Assembly (NCBI GenBank): GCA_042408215.1
Contig: JAYFMW010000003.1
Coordinates: 64,001-128,000 of the forward strand
Direction: 5' to 3'
Source of the DNA: Microcoleus sp.
GTDB lineage: Bacteria; Cyanobacteriota; Cyanobacteriia; Cyanobacteriales; Microcoleaceae
Length of the DNA stretch: 64,000 bases
Within the stretch, counting starts at the first letter, position 1. Each line of letters begins with the position of its first letter. Below, piece by piece: positions 54,136 to 64,000 of the stretch. The notes under the pieces were generated by a model. It ran no database searches and was not told the DNA's origin. It saw nothing but the letters and a program-made list of their open reading frames with translations. The position numbers and the translations under genes were made by a program.

Positions 54136-57100
54136 ATGAAACTGCTCAACTGCCGCACTCGACCGCTCTTGCAGATAGGCATTTTGGCTCTCGCCTACTT
54201 TGTTACCGGAAAACTCGCAGGGTCAATACTGGGAATGGTTACAGCCGAAGCATCTCCCCTGTGGCCGCCCGCCGGCATTGCTCTGGCTGCGCTACTGCTG
54301 CAAGGGCGGCGGATGTGGCCGGGAATTGCCCTCGGTTCGCTGCTGTTAAACTCTACCGCCGGAGTCGGGATACCCTCAACCGTCATTGCTACATCGGCCT
54401 TGAGCGTGACGTTGCAAGCGCTGGCTGGCGAGGCTTTGTTGAGCCGGATCGGTTTTTCTACCAAACTCGATCGCCTGCGAGATGTTCTGGGATTAGTAGC
54501 CGGCGCTGTCATTGGGTCTACTTTCCTCGGTTCTACCATCAGCAACCTGAGCGCCAGCATTTTTGGTTGGGTTCAGTGGAGCAATTTTTTGAGAAATTTT
54601 TGGACGATGTGGCTCGGAGATGGTATGGGAATTTTGATGGTCACGCCAGTCCTGCTGACTTTGAGTCACTTACTTCCGAAGGCCTTCTGCAGAAAACTAA
54701 TTACGAATTACGAATTACGAATTACGAATTCCCGATTCCCAATTCCCGATTCCCAATTCCCAATTCCCGATTCCCAATTCCCGATTCCCGATTCCCAATT
54801 CCCGATTCCCAATTCCCGATTCCCAATTCCCAATTCCCAATTCCCAATTCCCGATTCCCAATTCCCAATTCCCAATTCCCGATTCCCAATTCCCAATTCC
54901 CGATTCCCATTTTTAATTGTTAATTATTCAGAACCGCTGATTTTGCTAACTCTGCTGCTGAGCGTTAGCTGGCTGGTATTTGGCTCGCAAACAGTGGTGG
55001 CGATCGCTCTGTATCCCCTGGAATATCTGCTCTTTCCTTTGATAGTTTGGGCCGCCCTGCGATGGAGCCAGCCTGGAGCAATTTTCGCTTATTCGATCGT
55101 GTCCTACATCGCGATTTTGGGAACCCTGGGGGGAAACGGCCCGTTTCTGCTCAACACTTCGGCTACCCTCAGTCACCGGCTCACGTTGATGTCGGTTTTA
55201 CCTTTACAAGCCTTTACCGGTACGATCGCCCTTGTGGCTCTGATCTTGGCTGCGACTGTAGCAGAACGACAGCAAGCCCTGGTGGAGGTGCGCCGCACGG
55301 CCGCTATGCTGCGCGATCGCGAAGCTAGTTTAGCCAATGCTCAGCGCATCGCGAACTTGGGGAATTGGGATTTAGATTGCGACACCCTAGAACCACCTGA
55401 CGACTGGGAGGAAAACAGGGAGAAACATCACACATCCAACATCGAATTGCGCTGGTCGGACGAGCTTTATCGGCTCTTAGGTTTTGTTCCGGGAACTGTC
55501 AAGCCGACGCCGGAAGTTTTTTTGCAAGCCGTACATCCAGAAGACCGAGAATTGGTGGCTCGATCGCACCGTCTTGCTATGTTTGAGCAAAAACCTTATT
55601 GCATTGACTACCGGATTGTGCTTCCCGACGGCAAAGAACGCACTGTGTGCGAACAGTCGGCAATTAACTCTAAGGTGATTGCCGCCACAGTGCAGGATGT
55701 TACCGATCGCCAGCGGGCGGCCAACTATGAGCAAGCAGCGACCGATCGCGAGCGCTTGCTCTCAGAAATGGCACTACGGATTCGGCACTCCCTTGACCTC
55801 CAAGAAATTCTCAACACTACTGTTGCCGAAGTCCGGCAATTTTTCAAGGCAGACCGCGCTTTCATCGGCATTAAGTCGGCGGAGTCGGCAATGCCGGACT
55901 CGCCAGTGTACGGTAAGATTGTGGCTGAGTCTGTGGGTACCGAGTGGCGTTCTATTTTGGGGTGTGTGCTGGCTGACGAAAGCCTTCTCGAACACTTTAG
56001 AACGTTTTATGCCACCAACCGCGCCCGATCGGTCTCGGATACTGCGGAAGTGGAAGTCAGGGCGTGCAGTTCCAAATACTATAGTGACTATCAAATTCGG
56101 GCAACATTAAATGTGCCGATCGTCTTGGGGGATGAGTTGTTCGGAACCTTGGCTGTCAATCAGTGTTCTGGGCCCCGCCAGTGGCAGGAATTTGAGATTG
56201 ATTTATTAGAAAAACTTGCTACCCAAGTGGCGATCGCCCTCCAGCAAGCCCAACTTTTGCAGCAAGTAAAAACTCTCAATGCCAACTTAGAATCTCAAGT
56301 CGAGGAACGCACCCGCCAACTGCAACAAAAAATGTACGAACTGCAAGAAAGCAATCGGCTGAAAGACCTATTTTTACACGCAGTTTCTCACAAGCTCCGC
56401 ACCCCTTTTATGGGAATGTTAATACTGCTAAAAAACTTGCTCAACAAGTCGCCCTCTGAGTCTCAACAAACTGTTCCGGTGGCTCGCTCGATTTTGGAGC
56501 GGATCGTTGAGGCTAGCGAACAACAGTTGGGAATGCTTAATGCCCTGCTTGACGCTCACGCCACCGAGGTCAAAGGTATTGTTCTGAATACTAAACCCCT
56601 CGATTTGCACTCTTTCACTTCCAGAATTGTTGCTGATTTAGCACCGATTTTCGAGAAGAATCAAGCAACTTTGATTCAGCAAATACCTGCGGATTTCCCA
56701 CAGGTAAATGCCGATCTTCAACAGTTGCAGCGGGTGTTAGAAAATCTGCTAACTAATGCTGTAAAGCATAATCCTCCGGGAGTAAATATAACTTTAAATG
56801 CCGCAGTGATTGAAGTAGAAAAAGTAATGATTAGTCCCGGAAAAACACAGGTTTTCCGGTCAAATAGTTCCGCATTTTCTAACTGTATCGCTCACCTCCA
56901 CTCTCCCTTTTGTGGTCAAAATAAGATGTGGGACACGATTCGGGAACCGCCCAGGGAGGAGCCGATCGAAACCAGCATCAAAAATCAGGAGATGCGTGCA
57001 AAATTTCCCCTCGATCGCAATTGCGAAGTCCCCCGCTACCAGGGTCAAATTGCCAATACTGGCCACCAATTGCCGAGCGGGCGATCGCAGGCGAAAATGG

Positions 57101-57339
57101 TTCGCTGTACCATAACAGATAATGGAGTCGGAATCAGCAAAAAACAGCGCGAATCTCTGTTCGAGCTCTACGTTGAAGACCCCAACAGCCGACAATTAAC
57201 CGGGCTGGGCTTGGGATTGTACCTCTCCAAGCAAATTATCAAAGCTCACGGCGGCGAAATCGGCGTCGAAACCACTCCCGGAGGTGGCTCGACTTTCTGG
57301 TTTTCGTTACCTGTTTTGGAAATAGTCAGTAGTCAATAG
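54136..57339 (+). CDS. Sensor histidine kinase (MASE1-PAS-GAF-HisKA-HATPase)
   Basis: MASE1 motifs WPPAGIALA and WLGD, PAS VHPEDR, GAF R.W...E..LL, H-box SHKLRTP, N-box NAVKH, DNGVG and GLGL. Confidence 0.9.
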   Translation: MKLLNCRTRPLLQIGILALAYFVTGKLAGSILGMVTAEASPLWPPAGIALAALLLQGRRMWPGIALGSLLLNSTAGVGIPSTVIATSALSVTLQALAGEALLSRIGFSTKLDRLRDVLGLVAGAVIGSTFLGSTISNLSASIFGWVQWSNFLRNFWTMWLGDGMGILMVTPVLLTLSHLLPKAFCRKLITNYELRITNSRFPIPDSQFPIPDSQFPIPDSQFPIPNSRFPIPNSQFPIPDSQFPIPNSRFPIPNSRFPFLIVNYSEPLILLTLLLSVSWLVFGSQTVVAIALYPLEYLLFPLIVWAALRWSQPGAIFAYSIVSYIAILGTLGGNGPFLLNTSATLSHRLTLMSVLPLQAFTGTIALVALILAATVAERQQALVEVRRTAAMLRDREASLANAQRIANLGNWDLDCDTLEPPDDWEENREKHHTSNIELRWSDELYRLLGFVPGTVKPTPEVFLQAVHPEDRELVARSHRLAMFEQKPYCIDYRIVLPDGKERTVCEQSAINSKVIAATVQDVTDRQRAANYEQAATDRERLLSEMALRIRHSLDLQEILNTTVAEVRQFFKADRAFIGIKSAESAMPDSPVYGKIVAESVGTEWRSILGCVLADESLLEHFRTFYATNRARSVSDTAEVEVRACSSKYYSDYQIRATLNVPIVLGDELFGTLAVNQCSGPRQWQEFEIDLLEKLATQVAIALQQAQLLQQVKTLNANLESQVEERTRQLQQKMYELQESNRLKDLFLHAVSHKLRTPFMGMLILLKNLLNKSPSESQQTVPVARSILERIVEASEQQLGMLNALLDAHATEVKGIVLNTKPLDLHSFTSRIVADLAPIFEKNQATLIQQIPADFPQVNADLQQLQRVLENLLTNAVKHNPPGVNITLNAAVIEVEKVMISPGKTQVFRSNSSAFSNCIAHLHSPFCGQNKMWDTIREPPREEPIETSIKNQEMRAKFPLDRNCEVPRYQGQIANTGHQLPSGRSQAKMVRCTITDNGVGISKKQRESLFELYVEDPNSRQLTGLGLGLYLSKQIIKAHGGEIGVETTPGGGSTFWFSLPVLEIVSSQ
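54697..54910 (+). repeat. In-frame STRR expansion (AATTACG, ATTCCCA/G) inside the kinase gene
   Basis: About 30 heptamers translated as (FPIPNSQ)n. Confidence 0.95.
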
Positions 57340-57475
57340 TCAGTAGTCAATAGTTAGTAGTTAATAGTCAGTAGTTAATAGTCAGTAGTCAATAGTCAGT
57401 AGTCAATAGTCAGTAGTCAATAGTCAGTAGTCAATAGTCAGTAGTCAATAGTCAGTAGTCAATAGTCAGTAGTCA
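57322..57475. repeat. STRR tract (TAGTCAG/TAGTCAA)
   Basis: Alternating heptamers spanning the kinase stop codon and the intergenic space. Confidence 0.95.
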
Positions 57476-57479
57476 GTTT

Positions 57480-59297
57480 ATGACCGATCTTGGCAATGCT
57501 AAATCAGTTCAAGGATTAACCGTTTATGAGGTGTGGCGCAATCGCTTCCTCCGAGATCGGCTGGGCCATGCTGTGCGGATTGCCATCTTTTTTGCCTTCA
57601 CCATTATTGTCTATTTTTGCGGCGAAGCAATCTTCGCTCCCCAGGAATTTCAAATAATCTATTTATACACTAGCGCTGCTGTAGAGTTAGGGTTGTTGAC
57701 CTGTTTAGCTTTGCAAAAAACCCCGATCGCAGAACGTTACCCTGGTTTGCTATTTTTGGGTTTTTCCTGGTCGCTGACGGTAGTCGTACAGCTTGGTTTG
57801 GCCGCCGCCAGGATTGAAGTTCTGCCAATTTTAACCTGGAGTTTAACATTTCTGACTCAAGCTACCCTCATACCTGTTCGCTGGCCTTTGCACCTAATTT
57901 CTCAACTGGGCGTTTTGCTGTGCCATGTCGGGATCAATTTGGTCTTGAACCTGAGTTTTACTAAATATACTGCTTTTAGGCTGAGCGGATTTTACTTGTA
58001 TTTATTTTGGTTTTGTTTGATTTGCGACTTATCAGTTTACTGGTACGATCGGCTACAACGAACTGAGTTTAGCACCCGCCGCGAGTTGGAATCTGCTTAT
58101 CAACAATTGGAGGTGGCGGAAGCCAAGTACCGCAGCATTTTTGAGAATGCTGGTGAGGGGATTTTTCAAAGCACTCCCGATGGCCGCTATATTACTGCAA
58201 ATCCAGCTTTGGCGCGGATTTACGGCTGCAATTCGCCGTCAGAAGTGACGGCAAAATTCACTGATATCGAGCGTCAGTTGTACGTCGATCCAAATCGGAG
58301 GGCGGAGTTTTTGCGAGCGATCGCAGAAAGTGGCAGAGTATCGGATTTTGAATCTCAAATCTATCGCTCTGACGGCAGTATAGTCTGGATTTCCGAGAAA
58401 GCACGAGCGGTACGGAATGTCAACGGTACTGTACTTTATTATGAAGGTTTAATTGAGGACATTACGCAGCGGAAACAGGCACAAGAATCACTACGGCTAT
58501 TTATTCACGCTCTTTCTCACGACTTGCGAAACCCGGTTTCGGGAATGTTAATGGTGCTAAAAAATTGGCAGACAAAAACCGGGGAATCCATCGTGATTCC
58601 TCGTTCTGTTTTGGCGCGGATGATTCAAGGTAGCGAGCAGCAATTGCGGTTAATCGATTCGCTGTTGGAAGTTCACGCTAGCGAATTGCGCGGTTTGGTT
58701 CTGCACTGCGATCGGGTAGATTTGAAGGCGGTAATTGAAGCTGCCGCCGCAGATTTAGAGCCTTTAATGAATGACTATCAAGCGAAATTTAAAAATTTAG
58801 TACCGGATAATTTGCCGGCAGTTAATGCTGATGCTACTCAGTTATCCCGCGTATTTTCTAATTTAATGGCTAATGCTTTAAAACACAATTTGCCGGGACT
58901 GAATTTGACAGTTTCAGCACAAGTAATAGATGCCGATCAATTAAGTATAAACCGAGGCGATCGCAAAGAGTATCTTGCTCAATTCCCAATTCCCAATTCC
59001 CAATTCCCAATTCCCAATTCCCAATGCCCAATTCCCAACTCCTCAATAAGTATGATTTTTTGTACTGTTGAAGATGACGGGGCGGGAATATCGCCGTTCG
59101 AGTGCGAACATCTTTTTGACCTTTATGTGAGGGGCTATCAATCCCGACACTCCGTCGGTTTAGGTTTGGGGCTGTATCTTTGCCGACAAATTATTGAGGC
59201 TCACGGCGGGGAAATTGGAGTGATTAGCACCAACGGTGCTGGGGCAACTTTTTGGTTAACCTTACCTATTGCCGATCGAACTCAGCTTGAGTTATAA
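57480..59297 (+). CDS. Membrane sensor histidine kinase with PAS domain
   Basis: Transmembrane region, PAS ([14 protein letters not shown]), H-box SHDLRNP, NALKH, DDGAG and GLGL. An in-frame STRR lies at 58980-59040. Confidence 0.92.
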   Translation: MTDLGNAKSVQGLTVYEVWRNRFLRDRLGHAVRIAIFFAFTIIVYFCGEAIFAPQEFQIIYLYTSAAVELGLLTCLALQKTPIAERYPGLLFLGFSWSLTVVVQLGLAAARIEVLPILTWSLTFLTQATLIPVRWPLHLISQLGVLLCHVGINLVLNLSFTKYTAFRLSGFYLYLFWFCLICDLSVYWYDRLQRTEFSTRRELESAYQQLEVAEAKYRSIFENAGEGIFQSTPDGRYITANPALARIYGCNSPSEVTAKFTDIERQLYVDPNRRAEFLRAIAESGRVSDFESQIYRSDGSIVWISEKARAVRNVNGTVLYYEGLIEDITQRKQAQESLRLFIHALSHDLRNPVSGMLMVLKNWQTKTGESIVIPRSVLARMIQGSEQQLRLIDSLLEVHASELRGLVLHCDRVDLKAVIEAAAADLEPLMNDYQAKFKNLVPDNLPAVNADATQLSRVFSNLMANALKHNLPGLNLTVSAQVIDADQLSINRGDRKEYLAQFPIPNSQFPIPNSQCPIPNSSISMIFCTVEDDGAGISPFECEHLFDLYVRGYQSRHSVGLGLGLYLCRQIIEAHGGEIGVISTNGAGATFWLTLPIADRTQLEL

Positions 59298-59332
59298 CCG
59301 ATTCGGAGTTGCATCAGCCACCAGGAGACCCC

Positions 59333-60010
59333 ATGAAATATTTTTCAGTAGTAATGTATTTGCTCCGAGAACGGAAACAGTTTCTCGAAGAGATCCGCGA
59401 AGGTGTAAAGCTTAAATCTAAAATTTTTGGTCTGTTGATTTCTAGTACGGTATTTTTTGCGATTTACGGCGCGATTTTAGGTGCATCTAGTACGTGGATG
59501 CAATGTCTAGTTTCAGCAATTAAGTTACCAGCACTTTACTTGCTGACGCTGATTATCTGTTTTCCTACACTGTACTTTTTCAATGTCATGTTTGGTTCAA
59601 AACGCACTTTTGAACAGTATTTGGCATTGTTGATGACAGCGATGGCGATGATTAGCATCTTGCTGTTTGGTTTTGCACCCGTCAGCTTATTCTTTTTGAT
59701 CGGCAGCAGCAATTATACCTTTTTTCTGCTCTTGAATATTGCGATTATGGCAATTACGGGATTTTTGGGAATTAGTTTCTTTTATCAAGGAATGCAGTCT
59801 CTTTCTGAAGAAGATGGGGAAGGCAAGGAGATTCGGCTAAATATTTTGCGGTTCTGGTTGGGACTTTATGCGTTTGTAGGCACTCAATTGGGATGGACTC
59901 TGAGGCCATTTTTCGGATCTCCCGGAAAGGCTTTTGAACTATTCCGAAACCGAGAAAGCAATTTTTATCTAAGTGTTTGGGATTCAATTCGGCAGATTGG
60001 AGGGTTTTAA
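59333..60010 (+). CDS. Hypothetical multi-pass membrane protein
   Basis: Several hydrophobic helices, motif VGTQLGWTLRPFFG and an AGGAG ribosome-binding site. Confidence 0.8.
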   Translation: MKYFSVVMYLLRERKQFLEEIREGVKLKSKIFGLLISSTVFFAIYGAILGASSTWMQCLVSAIKLPALYLLTLIICFPTLYFFNVMFGSKRTFEQYLALLMTAMAMISILLFGFAPVSLFFLIGSSNYTFFLLLNIAIMAITGFLGISFFYQGMQSLSEEDGEGKEIRLNILRFWLGLYAFVGTQLGWTLRPFFGSPGKAFELFRNRESNFYLSVWDSIRQIGGF

Positions 60011-60042
60011 TTATTGTTAAATTAAGGAGATTTGAAAGAGCT

Positions 60043-60750
60043 ATGAAACAGGACTTAGAGCAATTAAAAATTCCTGAAAAAGAGTTAGAAGAGTTGAGCT
60101 CAATAGCTTTGAGCGACGGTTTTGCAGGGGATTTTTATCGATCGGCTGCACTCCGCGATCGCCAAAAGCTGTTCTCTCTTTTGTTGAATGAGTTGCTGAT
60201 ATTTTGCGTAACGTTGGTTGTGTCACTCCCTGTGGCTTTGCTGGTCACTAAAAATCAAGTTAATTCAGTCAGCGATGCTGCACTTTTTGTGCGGGTTTTG
60301 CAAATAACTTTGGCTTTGTCCCTGGCGATTGCTGTAGGTTGGAATGTTTATAAATGGGTGAAAGCAAAGCCTCTGGAAACTCTGGCGAGTCTGCTGGATG
60401 AAGTTGAGAAGTATCATGAGGTAATTAAGGCTCTAGATATTATCGATCGACTAACGGCGGCTGGCAATTTACCAGCAAATTTGATGAATCGAGAGGATGC
60501 AGTTGAGGCATTACAGATTACTAGAGAAAGTTTGGTTTGTGCTTTGCGGACAGAAAGAATTCTGAGGGAAAATAAGGATTTTATCGATCGCCGTTACGAG
60601 TTATTTGCTAATATTGAAAGTAATCTGGCCGCTTTGATGGCGCTGGATGTGAGCGATCGGGCCAGCGAATACGGGCGGTTGCTGAATGAAGCGTTGGAAA
60701 TTGGGATGAGCGTGCACAAAGAAGTAAGAAAATTGCAGAATGACAAGTAA
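60043..60750 (+). CDS. Hypothetical membrane protein with helical C-terminus
   Basis: Two transmembrane segments, with AAGGAG upstream of the ATG at 60043. Confidence 0.75.
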   Translation: MKQDLEQLKIPEKELEELSSIALSDGFAGDFYRSAALRDRQKLFSLLLNELLIFCVTLVVSLPVALLVTKNQVNSVSDAALFVRVLQITLALSLAIAVGWNVYKWVKAKPLETLASLLDEVEKYHEVIKALDIIDRLTAAGNLPANLMNREDAVEALQITRESLVCALRTERILRENKDFIDRRYELFANIESNLAALMALDVSDRASEYGRLLNEALEIGMSVHKEVRKLQNDK

Positions 60751-60776
60751 ATAGGACTTACCTACAGGTAAGGTAT

Positions 60777-61499
60777 TTATGTCATTTCTATGATTTTGGT
60801 AAGGGTTGTAAAGAGGCGATCGCAACTAGCAGAAGCTCTGCGTACCTTGTCAACATCTAAAAGTTCTAACAGTTTAGGAGCGTGTCGTGTTTTGTGATAT
60901 TTACCTTTAGATGTTTTATTAGTGGCTGATGTCAGCCACTTAGTCAGGTTGTATTTGGAAACTTTCTCCAAACTTTGATAATTTTCCAGCCTTTTGTAAA
61001 GATAATCTGCTTTCAATTCCCCATTATAAAACTGCTTTAAAGCATCAATATCAGCAATAAACCAAGCCTCCATAGTTTGCACCATTAAGTGGCAACAAGC
61101 ATCATCAATCCCCAGCGAATCCAAAATCCAAGGTTGATCTTCTTTTCTGCTTCTTAAATGCTCCCAAGGTGTGTGACTTTCAGAAACAGGAGATTCTGAA
61201 TCAACCAGCAAAACATTAAAAGCATCTGGATAAGATTCCAAACTGATTAGGAAATCTTCGCAAGCATTGCGACGAGAACCAGACGGGATTGACAGAATTT
61301 TAATGCCTTTGCTATCTGCGAGTTCATAGAGTTCTTTGAAGACATGAATAAAACCAGCTCTGAGCCCCGCTGTTGCTTCTTTTCCCGGCTGAATTTTACT
61401 CCTAAATCCTGGACGTTTTTGAGGTATATTTTCTATTTTACTTTCCTCTTCACTTTCGTCTCCAATACCTTCAATATAAATACGAATCTCCCTTACCAT
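60777..61499 (-). CDS. DUF4276-like (TOPRIM-like) protein
   Basis: Motifs IYIEG, LLVDSE, MEAWF and YHK. The ATG overlaps the end of the ATPase gene. Confidence 0.8.
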   Translation of the reverse strand: MVREIRIYIEGIGDESEEESKIENIPQKRPGFRSKIQPGKEATAGLRAGFIHVFKELYELADSKGIKILSIPSGSRRNACEDFLISLESYPDAFNVLLVDSESPVSESHTPWEHLRSRKEDQPWILDSLGIDDACCHLMVQTMEAWFIADIDALKQFYNGELKADYLYKRLENYQSLEKVSKYNLTKWLTSATNKTSKGKYHKTRHAPKLLELLDVDKVRRASASCDRLFTTLTKIIEMT

Positions 61500-62713
61500 C
61501 GGTTTCCTCCGATGTGTCCCATCCGCCACAAATCTCCTAAAGTGTACTTTTCCAGCCACTTTTTCAGTTGCTGAGGCTCTAGACGGTGCAGGTGACTGCC
61601 TGTATTATTCTGTTCGCAAACTAAGACGGATTCGGGAACTTCACTCAAACCAGAAACTAAAGCATCAGAATGAGTAGTAACAATTATTTGAGTTCTTTTA
61701 GATGCCGCAATTAGCAATTCAGCAACAGTAGATAAGATATCTGGATGCAACCCTAATTCTGGTTCTTCAATACAAATCAGGGGCGGTGGATTTGGGTGGC
61801 ACAGCAAAGTCAGCAAGCACAAATAACGAAGCGTACCATCAGATAAACGGGTAGCAGGAATTGGTCTATTGAATTTTTTATCCCTGAGAAATGTTTGTAT
61901 TGTACTGCCTTCGATTTTAGTTGTGATGTCACCTACTGCCTCGTAGAACTTTTGCAATTGCTCGATCAGCAAAGGTTTAATACCTTGGTAGTCTAAATCG
62001 TTCAAAACATGAGCAAGGTTACTTGCATCTTCTTCAAGAAAGTCATTTGGTAAATCAGATGGTTGGGGCTTTCTTGGTGGCGTGTACCTGCCTAAATTCC
62101 ATTCCCGATAAATACGGATATTGGAAAACTGATTGTTTAAGTAGGCTAACTCAGGGTAAAAGTCTTTGTCTTGTTTTTGGGACAAAACCGATTGAGAAGG
62201 ATTTATCTCGTCACGGCGCAGATGGCGTTCGCCCCTATTAGTACCCGTTCCCTCTGCTGAGACATTTCTAATATTTAAGACTGGATTTCCATTTTGATAG
62301 CGGTAGAAAAAATATACATCTTCATAACTTGGGTCAAATTTTAATTCATTTTCTACTGCTTCATCTACAATTTCTAGTTTTTGACCTACCATCGTGAAAG
62401 AAATTTGATAGCGCAAGGGGATAGTTTCTTTAGGATAATCTACGGTTGCCTCGATTGTAGCTGTTGGAATATTGTTGGAATTTTTTTCACCTTTCCAAAG
62501 CCACTCGCTAATACCGCCACCTTGCCGAAATGGAGTATTTATATCATTGGGTGTTGACTGTAAAATCCCCACAGCATCGATTAGGTTCGACTTCCCAGAT
62601 GCGTTGGGGCCAATTAACACATTCAGTGGTTGAAGTTCTATTTCTTCTCCTTCACTTCCGTAGGATAGAAAGTTTTTTAAGCGGAGAGTTCTGATAAATC
62701 TTTTGCCTTGCAT
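61493..62713 (-). CDS. ABC-type (AAA_15/AAA_21-like) ATPase
   Basis: Motifs [24 protein letters not shown] and TTHS. Confidence 0.88.
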   Translation of the reverse strand: MQGKRFIRTLRLKNFLSYGSEGEEIELQPLNVLIGPNASGKSNLIDAVGILQSTPNDINTPFRQGGGISEWLWKGEKNSNNIPTATIEATVDYPKETIPLRYQISFTMVGQKLEIVDEAVENELKFDPSYEDVYFFYRYQNGNPVLNIRNVSAEGTGTNRGERHLRRDEINPSQSVLSQKQDKDFYPELAYLNNQFSNIRIYREWNLGRYTPPRKPQPSDLPNDFLEEDASNLAHVLNDLDYQGIKPLLIEQLQKFYEAVGDITTKIEGSTIQTFLRDKKFNRPIPATRLSDGTLRYLCLLTLLCHPNPPPLICIEEPELGLHPDILSTVAELLIAASKRTQIIVTTHSDALVSGLSEVPESVLVCEQNNTGSHLHRLEPQQLKKWLEKYTLGDLWRMGHIGGNRW

Positions 62714-62855
62714 CTCATCCTCCTATTTAAAGCTGTTGACATCTTCAAGGATAGTATCACAATTGAGTCGTTTTAATGTGGGTAAGGTGCGCCCATAAGC
62801 ACCCTACAGATAGTGTTTGTGCGTCCAGGACTGTCTTGTTTACCCACCTTAAATT

Positions 62856-64000
62856 TTAATCCTCAAAAATATCCAATTGTTGGCCTTCCGACTCCGATTT
62901 TCCCTCTTTTTTAATTCCTTTCCGCAGCCCGATCGCAATTTTACTATGTTTCTCAATCTGCTTCATCACCTGTCTCGCCCTTTCAATCACCGAGGGCGGC
63001 AAACCCGCCAATCTCCCCGCTTCAATTCCGTAAGACTTATCAGCACCTCCAGGTTGAACTTGGTGTAGAAATACAATTTGATCCGGCAATTCTTTCACTG
63101 TCACCTGATAATTTGCCACATTATTCAAGATTGAAGCTAACTCATTCAATTCGTGATAATGTGTAGCAAAAATTGTCCGCGCCCGAATCTCGTTGGCTAA
63201 GTATTCTGCTACAGACCAAGCAATCGAAAGTCCGTCAAACGTCGCCGTTCCCCTGCCAATTTCATCTAACAAAACCAAGGATTTTGGCGTCGCGTGATTG
63301 AGAATATTTGCCGTTTCATTCATTTCTACCATAAAAGTAGACTGACCAGTTGCCAAATCGTCTACTGCACCGACGCGCGTAAAAATGCGATCGCAAATTC
63401 CCAAAGTAGCAGCTTTCGCCGGCACAAAACTCCCCATCTGCGCCATCAACTGAATCAAACCAACCTGCCGCAAATAACAACTTTTGCCGCTAGCATTCGG
63501 CCCAGTTAAAATAATTAAATCCGGTCGATTTAGCGATGCTTCCCGACCCAAAAAAGCCGAATTCGGCACAAAAAATCCCGGAGGTAAAGACTTTTCCACC
63601 ACCGGATGACACCCTTCAATAATTTTAATTTCCCGACTTTCAACCATATTCGGACGACAGTAATTCTGATAAACAGCTACTTCGGCCAAACCGCACAAAA
63701 CGTCCGCCGCCGCCACGGCGCGGGAAACATTGCGAATAATTTCGGCCTGTTCTCCTACCTCCGCACGTACTTGAGAAAAAATATCATATTCCAGTTGATT
63801 TAAATCTTCTCGCGCTGTCAGAATTCGCACTTCCCTTTCTTTTAATTCTTCTGTGCTGTAGCGTTCTTCATTGGTGAGAGTTTGCTTGCGGGTGTAGTCA
63901 TTTGGTACTTGGTCTACTTTCGATTTGGTAATGCTGATATAATAGCCGAAAGCTTTATTATAACCTACTTTTAAATTAGAAATTCCGGTGCGTTTTCTTT
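62856..64000 (-). CDS. mutS: DNA mismatch repair protein MutS, 5'-truncated by the window edge
   Basis: Motifs [31 protein letters not shown] and SYGIEAG. The frame stays open to the window end. Confidence 0.96.
   Translation of the reverse strand, partial: RKRTGISNLKVGYNKAFGYYISITKSKVDQVPNDYTRKQTLTNEERYSTEELKEREVRILTAREDLNQLEYDIFSQVRAEVGEQAEIIRNVSRAVAAADVLCGLAEVAVYQNYCRPNMVESREIKIIEGCHPVVEKSLPPGFFVPNSAFLGREASLNRPDLIILTGPNASGKSCYLRQVGLIQLMAQMGSFVPAKAATLGICDRIFTRVGAVDDLATGQSTFMVEMNETANILNHATPKSLVLLDEIGRGTATFDGLSIAWSVAEYLANEIRARTIFATHYHELNELASILNNVANYQVTVKELPDQIVFLHQVQPGGADKSYGIEAGRLAGLPPSVIERARQVMKQIEKHSKIAIGLRKGIKKEGKSESEGQQLDIFED

Overview
This window comes from a filamentous cyanobacterium, probably Oscillatoriales (Microcoleus-like). 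The evidence is dense HIP1 (GCGATCGC) sites, many 7-bp short tandem repeat (STRR) tracts and cyanobacterial genes such as rpoC2, hli, lrtA and ntrC. Housekeeping genes are rpoC2 (5'-partial), a GyrA/ParC paralog, sigA, ntrC, ssb, lipB, hpf, bcp, pheT, spkB and mutS (5'-partial), plus transporters and two tandem histidine kinases. RNA-guided OMEGA elements are abundant: an intact IscB with its omega-RNA inserted between a host ribosome-binding site and start codon, one intact and one broken TnpB, and three probable omega-RNA-only mini-elements or remnants. Two ABC-ATPase + DUF4276 (TOPRIM-like) pairs are candidate defence modules. The top candidate for an undescribed system is a translationally coupled two-gene cassette at 41175-47878. 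It encodes a 1009-aa protein whose C-terminal part resembles a divergent, catalytically inactive Argonaute MID-PIWI module, and a 1224-aa fusion of a PD-(D/E)xK-like nuclease domain with an SF2 helicase. All calls were made by eye from motifs; no searches were run. No tRNA, rRNA or CRISPR array was recognised.
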